From Candidatus Latescibacterota bacterium (GTDB lineage Bacteria > Latescibacterota > UBA2968 > UBA8231), in contig OZ242318.1 in assembly GCA_965208105.1 (NCBI GenBank), positions 2,336,001-2,400,000 of the forward strand: a stretch of DNA of 64,000 nucleotides. Reading direction: 5' to 3'. The notes beneath the pieces are model-generated. The model was not told where the DNA came from. It saw only the letters and a list, made by a program, of their open reading frames with translations, and ran no database searches. The position numbers were made by a program, and so were the translations under genes. Position 1 is the stretch's first letter. Each line of letters begins with the position of its first letter. Of this stretch, positions 1 to 11,785 are shown one piece after another.

Positions 1-1940
<1,940 letters not shown>

Positions 1941-2039
1941 TTTTCTTGATAATTCACTCGAAGTCTCACAAGGAGAGTCCAGAGTATTCTGGCCAGATTC
2001 GGGGATAGGATCTGTATTCGATTGGAAATTTTCGGATTC

Positions 2040-2157
2040 TTCCGGTAGTCACAGCGGAGGGGAAACACCTCTTCCCATTCCGAACAGAGCAGTTAAGCCC
2101 TCCTGCGCCGATGGTACTGCTGGGGACACCCGGTGGGAGAGTAGGACGCTGCCGGAT
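2040..2157 (+). rRNA. rrf: 5S rRNA
   Basis: TCCGGT...CCCATTCCGAACA...GTTAAG...GCCGATGGTACT...GAGAGTAGGACGCTGCCGGA; complementary ends; ~100 bp after 23S. Confidence 0.98.
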
Positions 2158-2164
2158 TTATCAC

Positions 2165-2198
2165 AAAGCCCACCTTACAAGGTGGGCTTTTTCTCTTT
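2165..2198 (+). terminator. Intrinsic terminator of the rRNA operon
   Basis: Hairpin AAAGCCCACCTT-AC-AAGGTGGGCTTT followed by a T-rich tract, directly after 5S. Confidence 0.9.
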
Positions 2199-2309
2199 CT
2201 GCCCCTCGTCTTGCCGTCCCACACTGATGCGCGGGAAGTTCTCCCAATAGCCATTTTTCCCCCGCCAATTCAATATCTTTTGTCCGGATTTCTCCCCCTG
2301 CCGACGGAC

Positions 2310-2338
2310 TTGACAGTCATTTTCATGAGCTTTAATTT
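2310..2338 (+). promoter_or_regulatory. Putative sigma70 promoter for EF-G2/yebC/ruv genes
   Basis: TTGACA-17 nt-TAATTT, ~70 bp upstream of the ATG. Confidence 0.6.
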
Positions 2339-2407
2339 AACCGCCGTCAACCGGTTAAGTTCTAATTTTTTTCATCCATCTCCTTACTTTTTCACAGAGA
2401 GTTTTTG

Positions 2408-4480
2408 ATGCCCCACACGACCGAACAAATCAGGAATGTCGCCCTCACCGGGCATAGTGCCACGGGCAAAACTACCCTGGCCGAAGCAATTCTATTCAAC
2501 ACGGGGCGGATCAACCGCATGGGAAGCATAGAGGATGGGACGACCGTCTCGGATTACGACAAGGGAGAAATTGAAAGGCAGATCTCTTTAAAAGTCTCGT
2601 TGCTGAACGGAGACTGGAATGAACATCACTTAAATATTATCGATACTCCAGGCTATGCAGATTTTATCGGTGAAGCCCAAGCCGCCCTGCGCGTAACTGA
2701 CGGAACCGTTGTGGTGGTAGATGCGGTTTCAGGAATTGAAATCGGCACGGAAAGAATCTGGCATTTTGCCGAGGAATACAGGATACCCCGCTTTTTGTTC
2801 ATTAACAAGATGGATCACTCCAATATCGACCTCGTGAAAATCTTGGGGCTTGCCAGGGAACGGTTTGGGCGTGGGGTCGTCCAGTTACAGCATCCGGTGA
2901 ATTCCGGGGAAGGTTTCGATCAAATTGTCGATCTCGTTCAAATGAAGCTGCTGACCTATAAAGATGGCAAAGCGGAGGTCGGAGAAATTCCCGGCGGCCT
3001 GGCATCTCAGGCACAGGAACTCCACGAGCAATTGGTGGAAGCTGTTGCGGAAACTGATGAAGAACTCATGGAACAGTATTTCAGCGATGGGGAACTCGCT
3101 CCTGACCTTCTAGGCGCCGGATTGCGCAAGGCTATCGCTCGCCTGGAACTTTTCCCGGTATGCGTTGGAGATGCACGCAACAACGTTGGGGTTGACAAAT
3201 TATTGGATGACTTGATCGCCTACTCTCCCTCTCCTGATAACTCTGCAGGACTGGAACTCCAGAACGAAGGAGATGAAATTGTTCGGCTGCAAGGATCGGA
3301 AGACTCTCCTCTCGCGGCCCTGGTGTTCAAGACCATAGCAGAACAGCACGTGGGGGAACTGACACTTTTGCGCCTTTACGCCGGCAACCTGAAGTCTGGA
3401 GACGAAGTTTCCAATCCATCAAAGAAATCAAACGAACGCATAGGACAGATATATTTTCTAAATGGGCACGAGCGCATCGAGGTCGGCAATGCAAGGGCAG
3501 GTGATATAATTGCCTTGGTTAAGCTCAAAAATACGCATACGGGGGACACCCTCTGTCAAAGAGGAGGGTCGCTGGTCCTGCCAGGGATCAACTTCCCCGA
3601 ACCACTTATTTGCGTCTCAATTGCAACCAAGGAAAAAGGCAACGAAGAACGCATGGCCACCGGTTTATCGCAATTGCACGAAGAGGACCCGAGTCTTGTC
3701 ACCAGATACGACGGGGAGATCCGCCAACACCTAATGCTGGCTCAAGGGGAACTCCACCTCAACACCATCATCCAGCGTTTGATCGAACGATTTGGCGTCG
3801 AGGTCAATACCGAATCGCCAAGGATACCCTACAGGGAGACAATCAAAGGCAATGCCGAAGGCCACTACAGGCACAAAAAGCAGACCGGAGGGCGTGGCCA
3901 ATTCGGCGAAGTATTCCTCCGGGTTGGTCCCAAAGGGCGAAGCGAGGGTTTCGAATTCGGCAACGAAGTCGTGGGCGGAAATATTCCCAGCAACTTCATT
4001 CCGGCAATTGAGAAGGGCATATCGGAAACGTTGACCCAGGGTCCCCTGGCAGGGTACCAGGTGGTAGACGTGAACGCCACCGTCTACGATGGAAAGTACC
4101 ATGCCGTCGATTCTGACGAAATCTCCTTTAAACTGGCAGGATCAAATGCCTTCAAGGATGCCTTCCTCAAAGCGAAGCCCGTTTTACTAGAACCGATTTA
4201 CACCCTGGAGGTCACCATACCCGAAGAATTTTTGGGTGACGTCATGGGCGATCTCTCCTCGCGGCGAGGCCGCATCAGCGGAATGGACGCCGATGGACAT
4301 TTCCAAGTTATTCACGCCGAGGCACCTCTTGCCGAAATCGACCGCTATGCCACGACCCTGCGTTCGATGACCCAGGGCAAAGGAATGCATTCGCAAAAAT
4401 TCGAGCGCTACGAAGAAGTGCCGGGCGATATAATGCAGAAAATCGTTGAGAGCTCCAAGAAGGAGAAAGAAGCCGCCTGA
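2408..4480 (+). CDS. fusA2: Elongation factor G-like protein (EF-G2 / EF-G II clade)
   Basis: GHSATGKT, ERQISL in place of RGITI, DTPGY, NKMD, KKQTGGRGQFG, YHAVDS, LLEP; ~690 aa; not in an str operon. Confidence 0.93.
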   Translation: MPHTTEQIRNVALTGHSATGKTTLAEAILFNTGRINRMGSIEDGTTVSDYDKGEIERQISLKVSLLNGDWNEHHLNIIDTPGYADFIGEAQAALRVTDGTVVVVDAVSGIEIGTERIWHFAEEYRIPRFLFINKMDHSNIDLVKILGLARERFGRGVVQLQHPVNSGEGFDQIVDLVQMKLLTYKDGKAEVGEIPGGLASQAQELHEQLVEAVAETDEELMEQYFSDGELAPDLLGAGLRKAIARLELFPVCVGDARNNVGVDKLLDDLIAYSPSPDNSAGLELQNEGDEIVRLQGSEDSPLAALVFKTIAEQHVGELTLLRLYAGNLKSGDEVSNPSKKSNERIGQIYFLNGHERIEVGNARAGDIIALVKLKNTHTGDTLCQRGGSLVLPGINFPEPLICVSIATKEKGNEERMATGLSQLHEEDPSLVTRYDGEIRQHLMLAQGELHLNTIIQRLIERFGVEVNTESPRIPYRETIKGNAEGHYRHKKQTGGRGQFGEVFLRVGPKGRSEGFEFGNEVVGGNIPSNFIPAIEKGISETLTQGPLAGYQVVDVNATVYDGKYHAVDSDEISFKLAGSNAFKDAFLKAKPVLLEPIYTLEVTIPEEFLGDVMGDLSSRRGRISGMDADGHFQVIHAEAPLAEIDRYATTLRSMTQGKGMHSQKFERYEEVPGDIMQKIVESSKKEKEAA

Positions 4481-4522
4481 TTGTGGTGATCTCTCCAGGT
4501 CCTCCCGCACAAGGATCCAAGA

Positions 4523-5269
4523 ATGTCAGGTCACTCCAAGTGGAGTACAATCAAGCGCAAAAAGGGCACTAACGACGCCAAGCGCGGCAAGTTGTTCACC
4601 AAACTGATCAAGGAGATCCTGGTCTCTGCCCGCAGCGGTGGAGACGAGAATGCCAACCCCCGCCTGAGGACGGCAGTGCAAAACGCCAAGATGGCGAATA
4701 TGCCTCAGGCAACGATCGATCGGGCTATTCGTCGCGGCACCGGGGAAGACGACGAGGTGGAGTACGAGGAAGGTCTCTTCGAAGGGTACGGACCGGGCGG
4801 CGTCGCCATAATGGTGGAAACCCTTACGGACAACAGGAACCGCACAGTTGCCGAACTACGCCATGTCTTCAGCAAGTACAACGGCAACCTGGCAGAAAAC
4901 GGGTCCGTTTCCTGGATGTTCGATCAAAAGGGTCTTGTCGAGGTCGAAAAAAGCACCATTTCAGAAGAAGACCTGATGTTGGCGGTTATGGATGCCGGAG
5001 CTGAAGACATTCACGATGCCGACGAAGTCTATGAAATCTCCGTTTCCATCCCCGATTTTGAGGCTGTCAAGAAGGCACTGAACGTCAGTGGCCTTAACTA
5101 CCTTCAGGCATCGCTGGTCCGGACCCCACAGAATTTGCTCGAACTGCAAAGCAGTGAAGCCGAGCAAATAATTCATCTGCTGGAGGCATTGGAGGATCTA
5201 GATGATGTACAAAAGGTTTTCTCTAATTTCGATGTTCGGGAAGATGATCTCCAGAGGCTCATAGGGTAA
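4523..5269 (+). CDS. yebC: YebC/PmpR family protein
   Basis: MSGHSKWSTIKRKKG, EGYGPGGVA, TDNRNRT, DDVQKVFSN; upstream of ruvC. Confidence 0.97.
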   Translation: MSGHSKWSTIKRKKGTNDAKRGKLFTKLIKEILVSARSGGDENANPRLRTAVQNAKMANMPQATIDRAIRRGTGEDDEVEYEEGLFEGYGPGGVAIMVETLTDNRNRTVAELRHVFSKYNGNLAENGSVSWMFDQKGLVEVEKSTISEEDLMLAVMDAGAEDIHDADEVYEISVSIPDFEAVKKALNVSGLNYLQASLVRTPQNLLELQSSEAEQIIHLLEALEDLDDVQKVFSNFDVREDDLQRLIG

Positions 5270-5322
5270 TCCTGGAGTCTCCAGAACACTTTCTGAATTC
5301 CCCTGGCCCTCCTTTCTCCGCC

Positions 5323-5865
5323 TTGATTGTTCTAGGAATCGACCCAGGAAGTTCGAGCACCGGCTATGGCGTGATCGACTGCCAGCGCCGACAAATCCGT
5401 TTTCTGGAATGCGGATGCATTCGTCCACCGCATGGTCAGGCATTTGAGGATCGGTTAGTGTTCATCTATAATCGGCTCCGCGAGCTGACAGCGACGACCA
5501 CACCTGATTCCGTGGCTTTAGAAAGTGCCTTCTATGGGAAGGACGCGAAGGCTGCCGCCAAGCTGGAGGGGACCAGAGGGGTGATTATTCTGGCCCTGAA
5601 GCAAGCAGGATTGCCGATCGCACATTATTCGCCCGCGGAGGTTAAAAAGGCAATCGCCGGCCGCGGGCAGGCAACCAAGGAACAGGTCCAGTTCATGATC
5701 GTCAAGATGCTTTCTTTGGGCGAGATTCCTCGACCTCTAGACGCTTCGGACGCCCTCGCCCTCGCCCTGTGCCACGCGCACCGTTCCGCATCGCAACCCC
5801 CTCAGGAGACCCGGCAAGCGAGGCCTGAAATCAGAGCGTTGCTCAACCGCATGAGCAACCACTAG
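5323..5865 (+). CDS. ruvC: Holliday junction resolvase RuvC
   Basis: LGIDPG..TGYGVI, EVKKAIAGRGQATKEQV, DASDALALALCH. Confidence 0.97.
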   Translation: MIVLGIDPGSSSTGYGVIDCQRRQIRFLECGCIRPPHGQAFEDRLVFIYNRLRELTATTTPDSVALESAFYGKDAKAAAKLEGTRGVIILALKQAGLPIAHYSPAEVKKAIAGRGQATKEQVQFMIVKMLSLGEIPRPLDASDALALALCHAHRSASQPPQETRQARPEIRALLNRMSNH

Positions 5866-5913
5866 GTTGCATGACTTCACCTGCATGCCTTCGGGGCTCC
5901 CGGTTTTATTGGC

Positions 5914-6513
5914 ATGATAGCGCACCTGAGCGGGAAACTGGTTCATAAGACACCGACAAATGCTGTCCTCGATGTGGGTGGGGTAGGATACAGTCTGGCA
6001 ATTTCTCTGCCAACCTACGAACAGTTGCCAGAATCCGGCGCGGAGACAAAACTTTTGACCCACCTTTACGTTCGGGAAGACCGCCTGCAATTGTTTGGAT
6101 TTTCGGACGCGAGGGAGCGCGAAATTTTCGAGCTTTTGATTGGAGTCTCGGGAATCGGCCCCAACTCGGCTCAAACCATTCTTTCGGGGATGTCGGTGGG
6201 CGATCTCCATGAGTCCATACTTCACGACCGTATCGATTCCCTGACCGGCATCAAGGGCATTGGCAGGAAAACAGCTGAGCGCATAGTCGTCGAACTCAGG
6301 GACAAGGTTCGAATGGATGCATTGAGAGATGACCTTGATTCTGAGCAGGAAATTAAAGCCGGTTACAACTCGGTTGAAGAGGCAATCCTGGCCTTGATTA
6401 CCCTGGGAATTCCTCATGTAGCCGCACGGAAGGCGGTGAATAAAGTGGTCAAGAAGGATGGGGAGGAGCAGAGTGTCCAAGAGCTGATCAAACAGGCCTT
6501 GCAGGAACGCTGA
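5914..6513 (+). CDS. ruvA: Holliday junction branch migration protein RuvA
   Basis: DVGGVGY, VREDRLQLFGF, GVSGIGP, GIGRKTAERIVVEL. Confidence 0.97.
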   Translation: MIAHLSGKLVHKTPTNAVLDVGGVGYSLAISLPTYEQLPESGAETKLLTHLYVREDRLQLFGFSDAREREIFELLIGVSGIGPNSAQTILSGMSVGDLHESILHDRIDSLTGIKGIGRKTAERIVVELRDKVRMDALRDDLDSEQEIKAGYNSVEEAILALITLGIPHVAARKAVNKVVKKDGEEQSVQELIKQALQER

Positions 6514-6515
6514 AT

Positions 6516-7544
6516 ATGGACGGCCGCATGGTTAATCCCGGTCCTGACGACGAAGACCAGAAATTCGACCAGACATTGCGCCCAACCTCACTGGACGAAT
6601 TGTACGGTCAGGACAAAATCAAGGAACAGCTTCGGATAGCCATCGAGGCAGCCAAGCAGCGCGGAGAGGCAATGGACCACGTCCTGCTCTATGGTCCTCC
6701 GGGCTTGGGGAAGACGACCATTTCATACGTGATTGCACGCGAGCTGGGAGTGGACATCCATCCTACTTCCGGTCCCTTGCTCGAACGCCCCGGCGAACTT
6801 GCCGGCATCCTCACCAAATTGGGGTTGCGCGACGTACTCTTCATCGACGAGGCGCACCGTATCAATCGCGTCGTGGAAGAGTATCTCTACTCGGCCATGG
6901 AGGACTTCAAGATCGATATCCTTATCGACCAGGGACCACAGGCTCGCTCCGTCAGCATTCCACTCGAACCATTCACCTTGGTCGGAGCGACCACGCGGCA
7001 GGCTCTGCTGACTTCGCCCATGCGCTCCCGTTTCGGCATCACCTTGAACCTCGATTACTACACAGTGGACGAGTTGGCCGCGATCGTCCACAGGGATGCT
7101 CGCCTGCGCAGATTCGAGGTCGACCTGGAAGGCGCCATGGAGATTGCCCGGCGCTCCCGGGGGACCGCCCGGATTGCCAAGCGCTGGCTGCGGCGCGTCC
7201 GCGACTATGCGCAGGTAAGAGGGGATGGTCTGGTCAATAGCGCGGTGGTTGCCCAGGCCCTGGACAACCTCAACGTAGATGCCCTGGGATTGGAGGAGTT
7301 GGATTTAAAATTGTTGGAAGCCGTTGTTGATAAATTCGACGGCGGCCCTGTCGGACTGGGCAATCTGGCCGCAGTCATCGGCGAGGACGAGGATACCATT
7401 CAGGATGTTTACGAGCCCTATTTGATCAAGGAGGGATTTTTGAAGCGCACACCGCGTGGGCGCCAGGCCATGGCTCGCGCTTATGAGCATCTGGGCCGCC
7501 CCCGTCCCAGGCGAGGAAATGGAGACCAGCTGGAGCTCTTGTGA
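6516..7544 (+). CDS. ruvB: Holliday junction helicase RuvB
   Basis: LRPTSL, GPPGLGKTT, FIDEAHR, TLVGATTR, GGPVGL, RTPRGR. Confidence 0.98.
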   Translation: MDGRMVNPGPDDEDQKFDQTLRPTSLDELYGQDKIKEQLRIAIEAAKQRGEAMDHVLLYGPPGLGKTTISYVIARELGVDIHPTSGPLLERPGELAGILTKLGLRDVLFIDEAHRINRVVEEYLYSAMEDFKIDILIDQGPQARSVSIPLEPFTLVGATTRQALLTSPMRSRFGITLNLDYYTVDELAAIVHRDARLRRFEVDLEGAMEIARRSRGTARIAKRWLRRVRDYAQVRGDGLVNSAVVAQALDNLNVDALGLEELDLKLLEAVVDKFDGGPVGLGNLAAVIGEDEDTIQDVYEPYLIKEGFLKRTPRGRQAMARAYEHLGRPRPRRGNGDQLELL

Positions 7545-7834
7545 ATGTCCTGGACCTCATGCGAAGATTCGACCCGGCGGCCTCGAGCTGCGGCGAGGAG
7601 ATGAGGCAGAGTAAGCTGCACAAATGACAATCGGGCTCCTCCTTTGCCGCCCCATCCTTTGAATCCGGAAGGAATCATTCCCACCCGGGGCCCTCGGGAT
7701 CCACTGGACCCTGGGAAAGAATTCCCTTGGGTTCTGATCAGCGACTTCGCCACACCACAGCTTCAGTTGCGTTCGACGGGTCCAATGCCGTTTCTGTTCT
7801 GCGGAGATTCAGCGCCCGACGAAAGGACAGGCTC

Positions 7835-8512
7835 TTGTCAATTCTAGCTCTGGACACGGCTACACAGGCGGGAAGCGTGGCTCTGATAAACCACGGAAAG
7901 ACGCTCCAGAGCCGCTATTTCGACTCCGGCCTGCAACATTCGCAGCGCCTCTTCATCGAGATTGAAGAGGTCCTGGAGGCCTCGGGATGCTCGCTTCAAT
8001 CTCTCGAGGCCATAGCGGTTTCCATTGGACCAGGCTCTTTCACCGGTCTGCGCATCGGACTGAGTGCCGCCAAAGGACTGTGTCTTGGCAGTGGAGTTGA
8101 ACTCGTTACTGTTTCGACCTTGGACGCGGTTGCCGCACGCCTTCCCTTTGCTCGTTGCCCGGTGTGTGTGATACTGGACGCCCGCAAAATGGAGGTTTAT
8201 TCGGCGCTCTACGATATGTCCGCCGGGGACCCTCAACCATTGTCGGCACCCCAAATCCTCGGACTGGCGGAAATCCTGGAAACCCGCGAGGGACAAGAGA
8301 CAATCTTTATCGGAGATGGAACGGTTACCTACACAGAGCACCTTGCAACACGTCCCTGGGCCCGGATAGCACCGGTTTCGTGCAGCCGGCCCGATGCATC
8401 TATCGTTGGCCGCCTGGCGCAGATGAAGCTGGAGTCAGGAGAAACAGCAGACCTGACCACCGCGGAGCCTGAATACCTGCGCCAGCCCAGCGCTCAACCG
8501 GTGAATCGATGA
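7835..8512 (+). CDS. tsaB: tRNA t6A biosynthesis protein TsaB
   Basis: ILALDTAT, HSQRL, GPGSFTGLRIG, LDARKMEVY, EPEYLR; TTG start chosen at 7835 after an AAGGA RBS. Confidence 0.93.
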   Translation: MSILALDTATQAGSVALINHGKTLQSRYFDSGLQHSQRLFIEIEEVLEASGCSLQSLEAIAVSIGPGSFTGLRIGLSAAKGLCLGSGVELVTVSTLDAVAARLPFARCPVCVILDARKMEVYSALYDMSAGDPQPLSAPQILGLAEILETREGQETIFIGDGTVTYTEHLATRPWARIAPVSCSRPDASIVGRLAQMKLESGETADLTTAEPEYLRQPSAQPVNR

Positions 8513-8630
8513 TAGTGCACTGGAATGCAGATTGGCGTCGGATGATCGGCTGTTGATCAGGAGTCCCAACCTGCCTCCCCCCTGACGCCATTCGCGGCGG
8601 AAATTTTTCGAGATATCGGGAATCGATATA

Positions 8631-9749
8631 GTGGCTGAGGTATTGCTGAAAAACGTACACAAGGTCTACGGGAAGGAAGTTGTGGCCGTGTACGATGCGA
8701 CCTTGGAAATCGCCGACAAGGAATTCGTAGTCCTCGTGGGGCCTTCGGGATGCGGCAAGTCAACCATTTTGCGCATGGTCGCCGGGCTGGAAGAAGTAAC
8801 CAGGGGTGGAATCTACATAGACGGCAATCTGGTAAACCATATCCCGCCCAAGAACCGCGATATTGCCATGGTCTTTCAAAACTACGCCCTTTACCCGCAT
8901 ATGACGGTTTATCAGAACATGGCTTTCGGCCTGAAACTGCGTAAATTTTCCAGGACCCATATCGATTCCCGCGTGCGGGAAGCGGCCGATATCCTGGGCA
9001 TCGAGGAACTGCTTGAGCGAAAACCCAGGGAACTGTCCGGAGGACAGCGGCAGCGCGTGGCGGTGGGCCGTGCCATCGTGCGCAAACCCAAAATTTTCCT
9101 CTTCGACGAACCCCTGTCCAACCTGGATGCCAAGTTGCGCGTGCAAATGCGCACAGAGATCAGCAAGCTTCATTCCCGACTTGAAGCTACCATGATCTAC
9201 GTGACCCACGACCAGGTGGAGGCAATGACTATGGGCAATCGAATCGCAGTAATGGACGAGGGCCTTATTCAGCAAATCGACAAACCCCTGAATCTCTACA
9301 ACAACCCGGTAAATAAATTCGTCGCCGGGTTCATTGGCAGCCCCTCAATGAACTTCATTGAGGGTCGATTGGATTCAAAAGGCGTCGACAGCCTGGTTTT
9401 TGATGCAGGCTCCTTTCAAATCCAGCTCTCCTCACTCCACCGGGTTCAGTTGCGCAGTCATATTGACAGGGAGGTTGTTCTCGGCATTCGTCCCGAAGAT
9501 GTTCACCATCCCGATTCAATGCGCCAGGACATCGAAACCGCCGAGATCAACGCCAGGGTCGAGGTAGTCGAACCAATGGGGAACGAAGTTTTCCTGTACC
9601 TCGCCGCGGGAACATCCTCCTTCGTCGCCCGGGTGGCCCCACTGCAGATTCCCACTGTGGGTCAGGAATTGACGCTTGTTGTAGAAGTGAACAAAGCTCA
9701 CTTTTTCGACAAGGATACTCAGGAAAGTTTGATAGAACCTGAAGGGTAA
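8631..9749 (+). CDS. Sugar ABC transporter ATPase (MalK/MsmX/UgpC family), no cognate permeases nearby
   Basis: GPSGCGKST, VFQNYALYPHM, LSGGQRQR, DEPLSNLDAKLR, FVAGFIGSP, C-terminal TOBE region. Confidence 0.95.
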   Translation: MAEVLLKNVHKVYGKEVVAVYDATLEIADKEFVVLVGPSGCGKSTILRMVAGLEEVTRGGIYIDGNLVNHIPPKNRDIAMVFQNYALYPHMTVYQNMAFGLKLRKFSRTHIDSRVREAADILGIEELLERKPRELSGGQRQRVAVGRAIVRKPKIFLFDEPLSNLDAKLRVQMRTEISKLHSRLEATMIYVTHDQVEAMTMGNRIAVMDEGLIQQIDKPLNLYNNPVNKFVAGFIGSPSMNFIEGRLDSKGVDSLVFDAGSFQIQLSSLHRVQLRSHIDREVVLGIRPEDVHHPDSMRQDIETAEINARVEVVEPMGNEVFLYLAAGTSSFVARVAPLQIPTVGQELTLVVEVNKAHFFDKDTQESLIEPEG

Positions 9750-9767
9750 ATCAGCAAGGACCTCCTT

Positions 9768-10859
9768 TTGTCATTTGAGCACATCAGGGGCCAGGAACGG
9801 GCGATTGCCCAGGTGCAGGCATGGTTGAAGACCCGGCGTCTGCCCCACGCCATCCTTATCTGTGGTCCGGCTGGGACCGGCAAGAGGCGGCTGGCGATCG
9901 AGCTGGCCAAGGCCATAAACTGCAGGGAGGGGTTTGGAGAGGCCTGTGACCGCTGCGTGTCCTGCCATAAAATCGAGACCCTCATACATCCCGACGTCCT
10001 TGCCCTGCTGCCGCACCCTCCGCGGCGGGGAACAAGGGGTGAATCGCGGCTGCCCGAAGGCCTGCGCAAGGCACTGCTCGAATATGTCGGGGAGGGAGGA
10101 TCCCTTCCCCGGGTCAGTGCCAATATTCTGCGCGATCACATCCGGATCCTGCAGCGCGAGATGTCCTATTCGCCACTGGAAGCTGCACGCAAGACAGGCC
10201 TGATATTCGAGGCGGAATGCATGTCCTCAGCCGGCGCAAACTCCCTGCTGAAGATCCTGGAGGAGCCACCCGGAAACGCCATTTTCATATTAGTCTCCCC
10301 TGCCCCCCATCGGCTGCTGCCCACGATTCGCTCGCGCTGCCAACTCCTGCCACTAGGCCGTCTGAGTCAGGAGGAGGTGATAAATACCCTGCAGAGCAAA
10401 GGTCTGGAACCCCATCGCGCCGAGCTGGCCGCTCGCATTGGCGCAGGAAGCCTGCAACGGTCCGCACAGGTAATCTCCGAGGATTTCGACCAGACGCGTG
10501 ATCAGGTAGAGGCGTTTTTGTGGGACGGCCTGAACAGAAAGGACGAGAGTTACTGGACCGTGCTGGACCGGCTTGGGACCAGGGAAAACCGGGAGCGCAT
10601 AGAGTCATTTCTGGAGATTTGCGGACTTTACCTGCGGGACCTGTTCCTGTTGGCCCATGGCCGGGAGAAGGAAATAGTTCACTTCGACCGGCTGGATTTT
10701 TTGCTAAAATTGCAATCCATTTTCGACCTGCACCGCATTGAGGCTGCAGCCATGGAAATAGACCGGTCCCTGGAGAGTCTTGCGCGCAATGTGAATTCCA
10801 GCCTGGTGCTGGTCGATTTGTGGAGGCAGCTGCGGAACCGATCGAGCACGGAAATTTAA
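9768..10859 (+). CDS. holB: DNA polymerase III delta' subunit
   Basis: GPAGTGK, CDRCVSC zinc motif, HPD, ANSLLKILEEPP, LLPTIRSRC. Confidence 0.92.
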   Translation: MSFEHIRGQERAIAQVQAWLKTRRLPHAILICGPAGTGKRRLAIELAKAINCREGFGEACDRCVSCHKIETLIHPDVLALLPHPPRRGTRGESRLPEGLRKALLEYVGEGGSLPRVSANILRDHIRILQREMSYSPLEAARKTGLIFEAECMSSAGANSLLKILEEPPGNAIFILVSPAPHRLLPTIRSRCQLLPLGRLSQEEVINTLQSKGLEPHRAELAARIGAGSLQRSAQVISEDFDQTRDQVEAFLWDGLNRKDESYWTVLDRLGTRENRERIESFLEICGLYLRDLFLLAHGREKEIVHFDRLDFLLKLQSIFDLHRIEAAAMEIDRSLESLARNVNSSLVLVDLWRQLRNRSSTEI

Positions 10860-10900
10860 TTGACCAACAGGTCCCGGGATGAATCCATTGGAAAAAACCG

Positions 10901-11782
10901 TTGATTTTCCAGGCAAAATTGAAAGATAGAAAACTCCCCGCCGGATTTCCCAGGCCGCGCCGGCGTTTTGGCCAGCATTTCTTGATCGACCGGGCGGTAG
11001 CAGGGCAGATTGTCCGCATGGTACGGCCACGGGAAGGCGATCTCGCCATGGAAATCGGGCCGGGCCGCGGGTCTCTCACAGCCTCCCTGGCCTCCTCTCT
11101 CGATCGCCTGGTAGCAGTCGAAATCGACCGCGATCTTGCAGCATTCCTGCGACGGCGTTTTGCTGAAACCGGCCTGCGCCTCATAGAGGGCGATATCCTT
11201 CAACTGGACCTCAGGCAGATACTCCGGCAGGAAAACAAGGATAAGCTGTTTATCGTGGGCAATTTGCCCTATAATATCACTGCTCCATTGATTTTTCGGC
11301 TGCTGGAGCAAGCACCCTGTATCAGAAACGCCATCTTGATGCTCCAGTGCGAGGTGGCGCGCCGATTGGTGGCTCGGCCTGGCTCCAAGGACTACGGATT
11401 GCTCACAGTACTTCTGGCCATGCGGGCTGATGCCCGGGTGTGCCTAGAGGTGGATAACCGGGCATTCAAGCCCGCTCCCAAAGTCCAATCCTCCGTGGTT
11501 CAACTAAGCTTCAGGGAGGCATGCCGCTATCCAGTGCAGGACGAGCGCATGTTCGCCCGGTTGGTGCGCACGGCCTTTGGACAGAGGCGCAAGATGATGC
11601 GCAATTCACTTCGGACCCTTGAGCATCGGTCGGGACCTCCCCTGGAGGATATAGCCTCGCGGGCGGGGATTGACCTGAGTCGACGGCCCGAGACCCTGAC
11701 CGTCGAGGAATTCGGGAGGCTCAGCGATGCATTTGCCGCCATCGGTAAAGGACGAGCGGCCTGGGCGGACCTGAGAGGCTGA
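10901..11782 (+). CDS. rsmA: 16S rRNA m6(2)A dimethyltransferase
   Basis: FGQHFL, EIGPGRG, VEID, GNLPYNIT, FKPAPKVQS, AFGQRRK. Confidence 0.96.
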   Translation: MIFQAKLKDRKLPAGFPRPRRRFGQHFLIDRAVAGQIVRMVRPREGDLAMEIGPGRGSLTASLASSLDRLVAVEIDRDLAAFLRRRFAETGLRLIEGDILQLDLRQILRQENKDKLFIVGNLPYNITAPLIFRLLEQAPCIRNAILMLQCEVARRLVARPGSKDYGLLTVLLAMRADARVCLEVDNRAFKPAPKVQSSVVQLSFREACRYPVQDERMFARLVRTAFGQRRKMMRNSLRTLEHRSGPPLEDIASRAGIDLSRRPETLTVEEFGRLSDAFAAIGKGRAAWADLRG

Positions 11783-11785
11783 ACC

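Noticed and set aside
7545-7834. ruvB-tsaB gap with short ORFs and the upstream extension of tsaB
   Set aside because: No recognisable protein motif or RNA structure; tsaB homology starts near 7835
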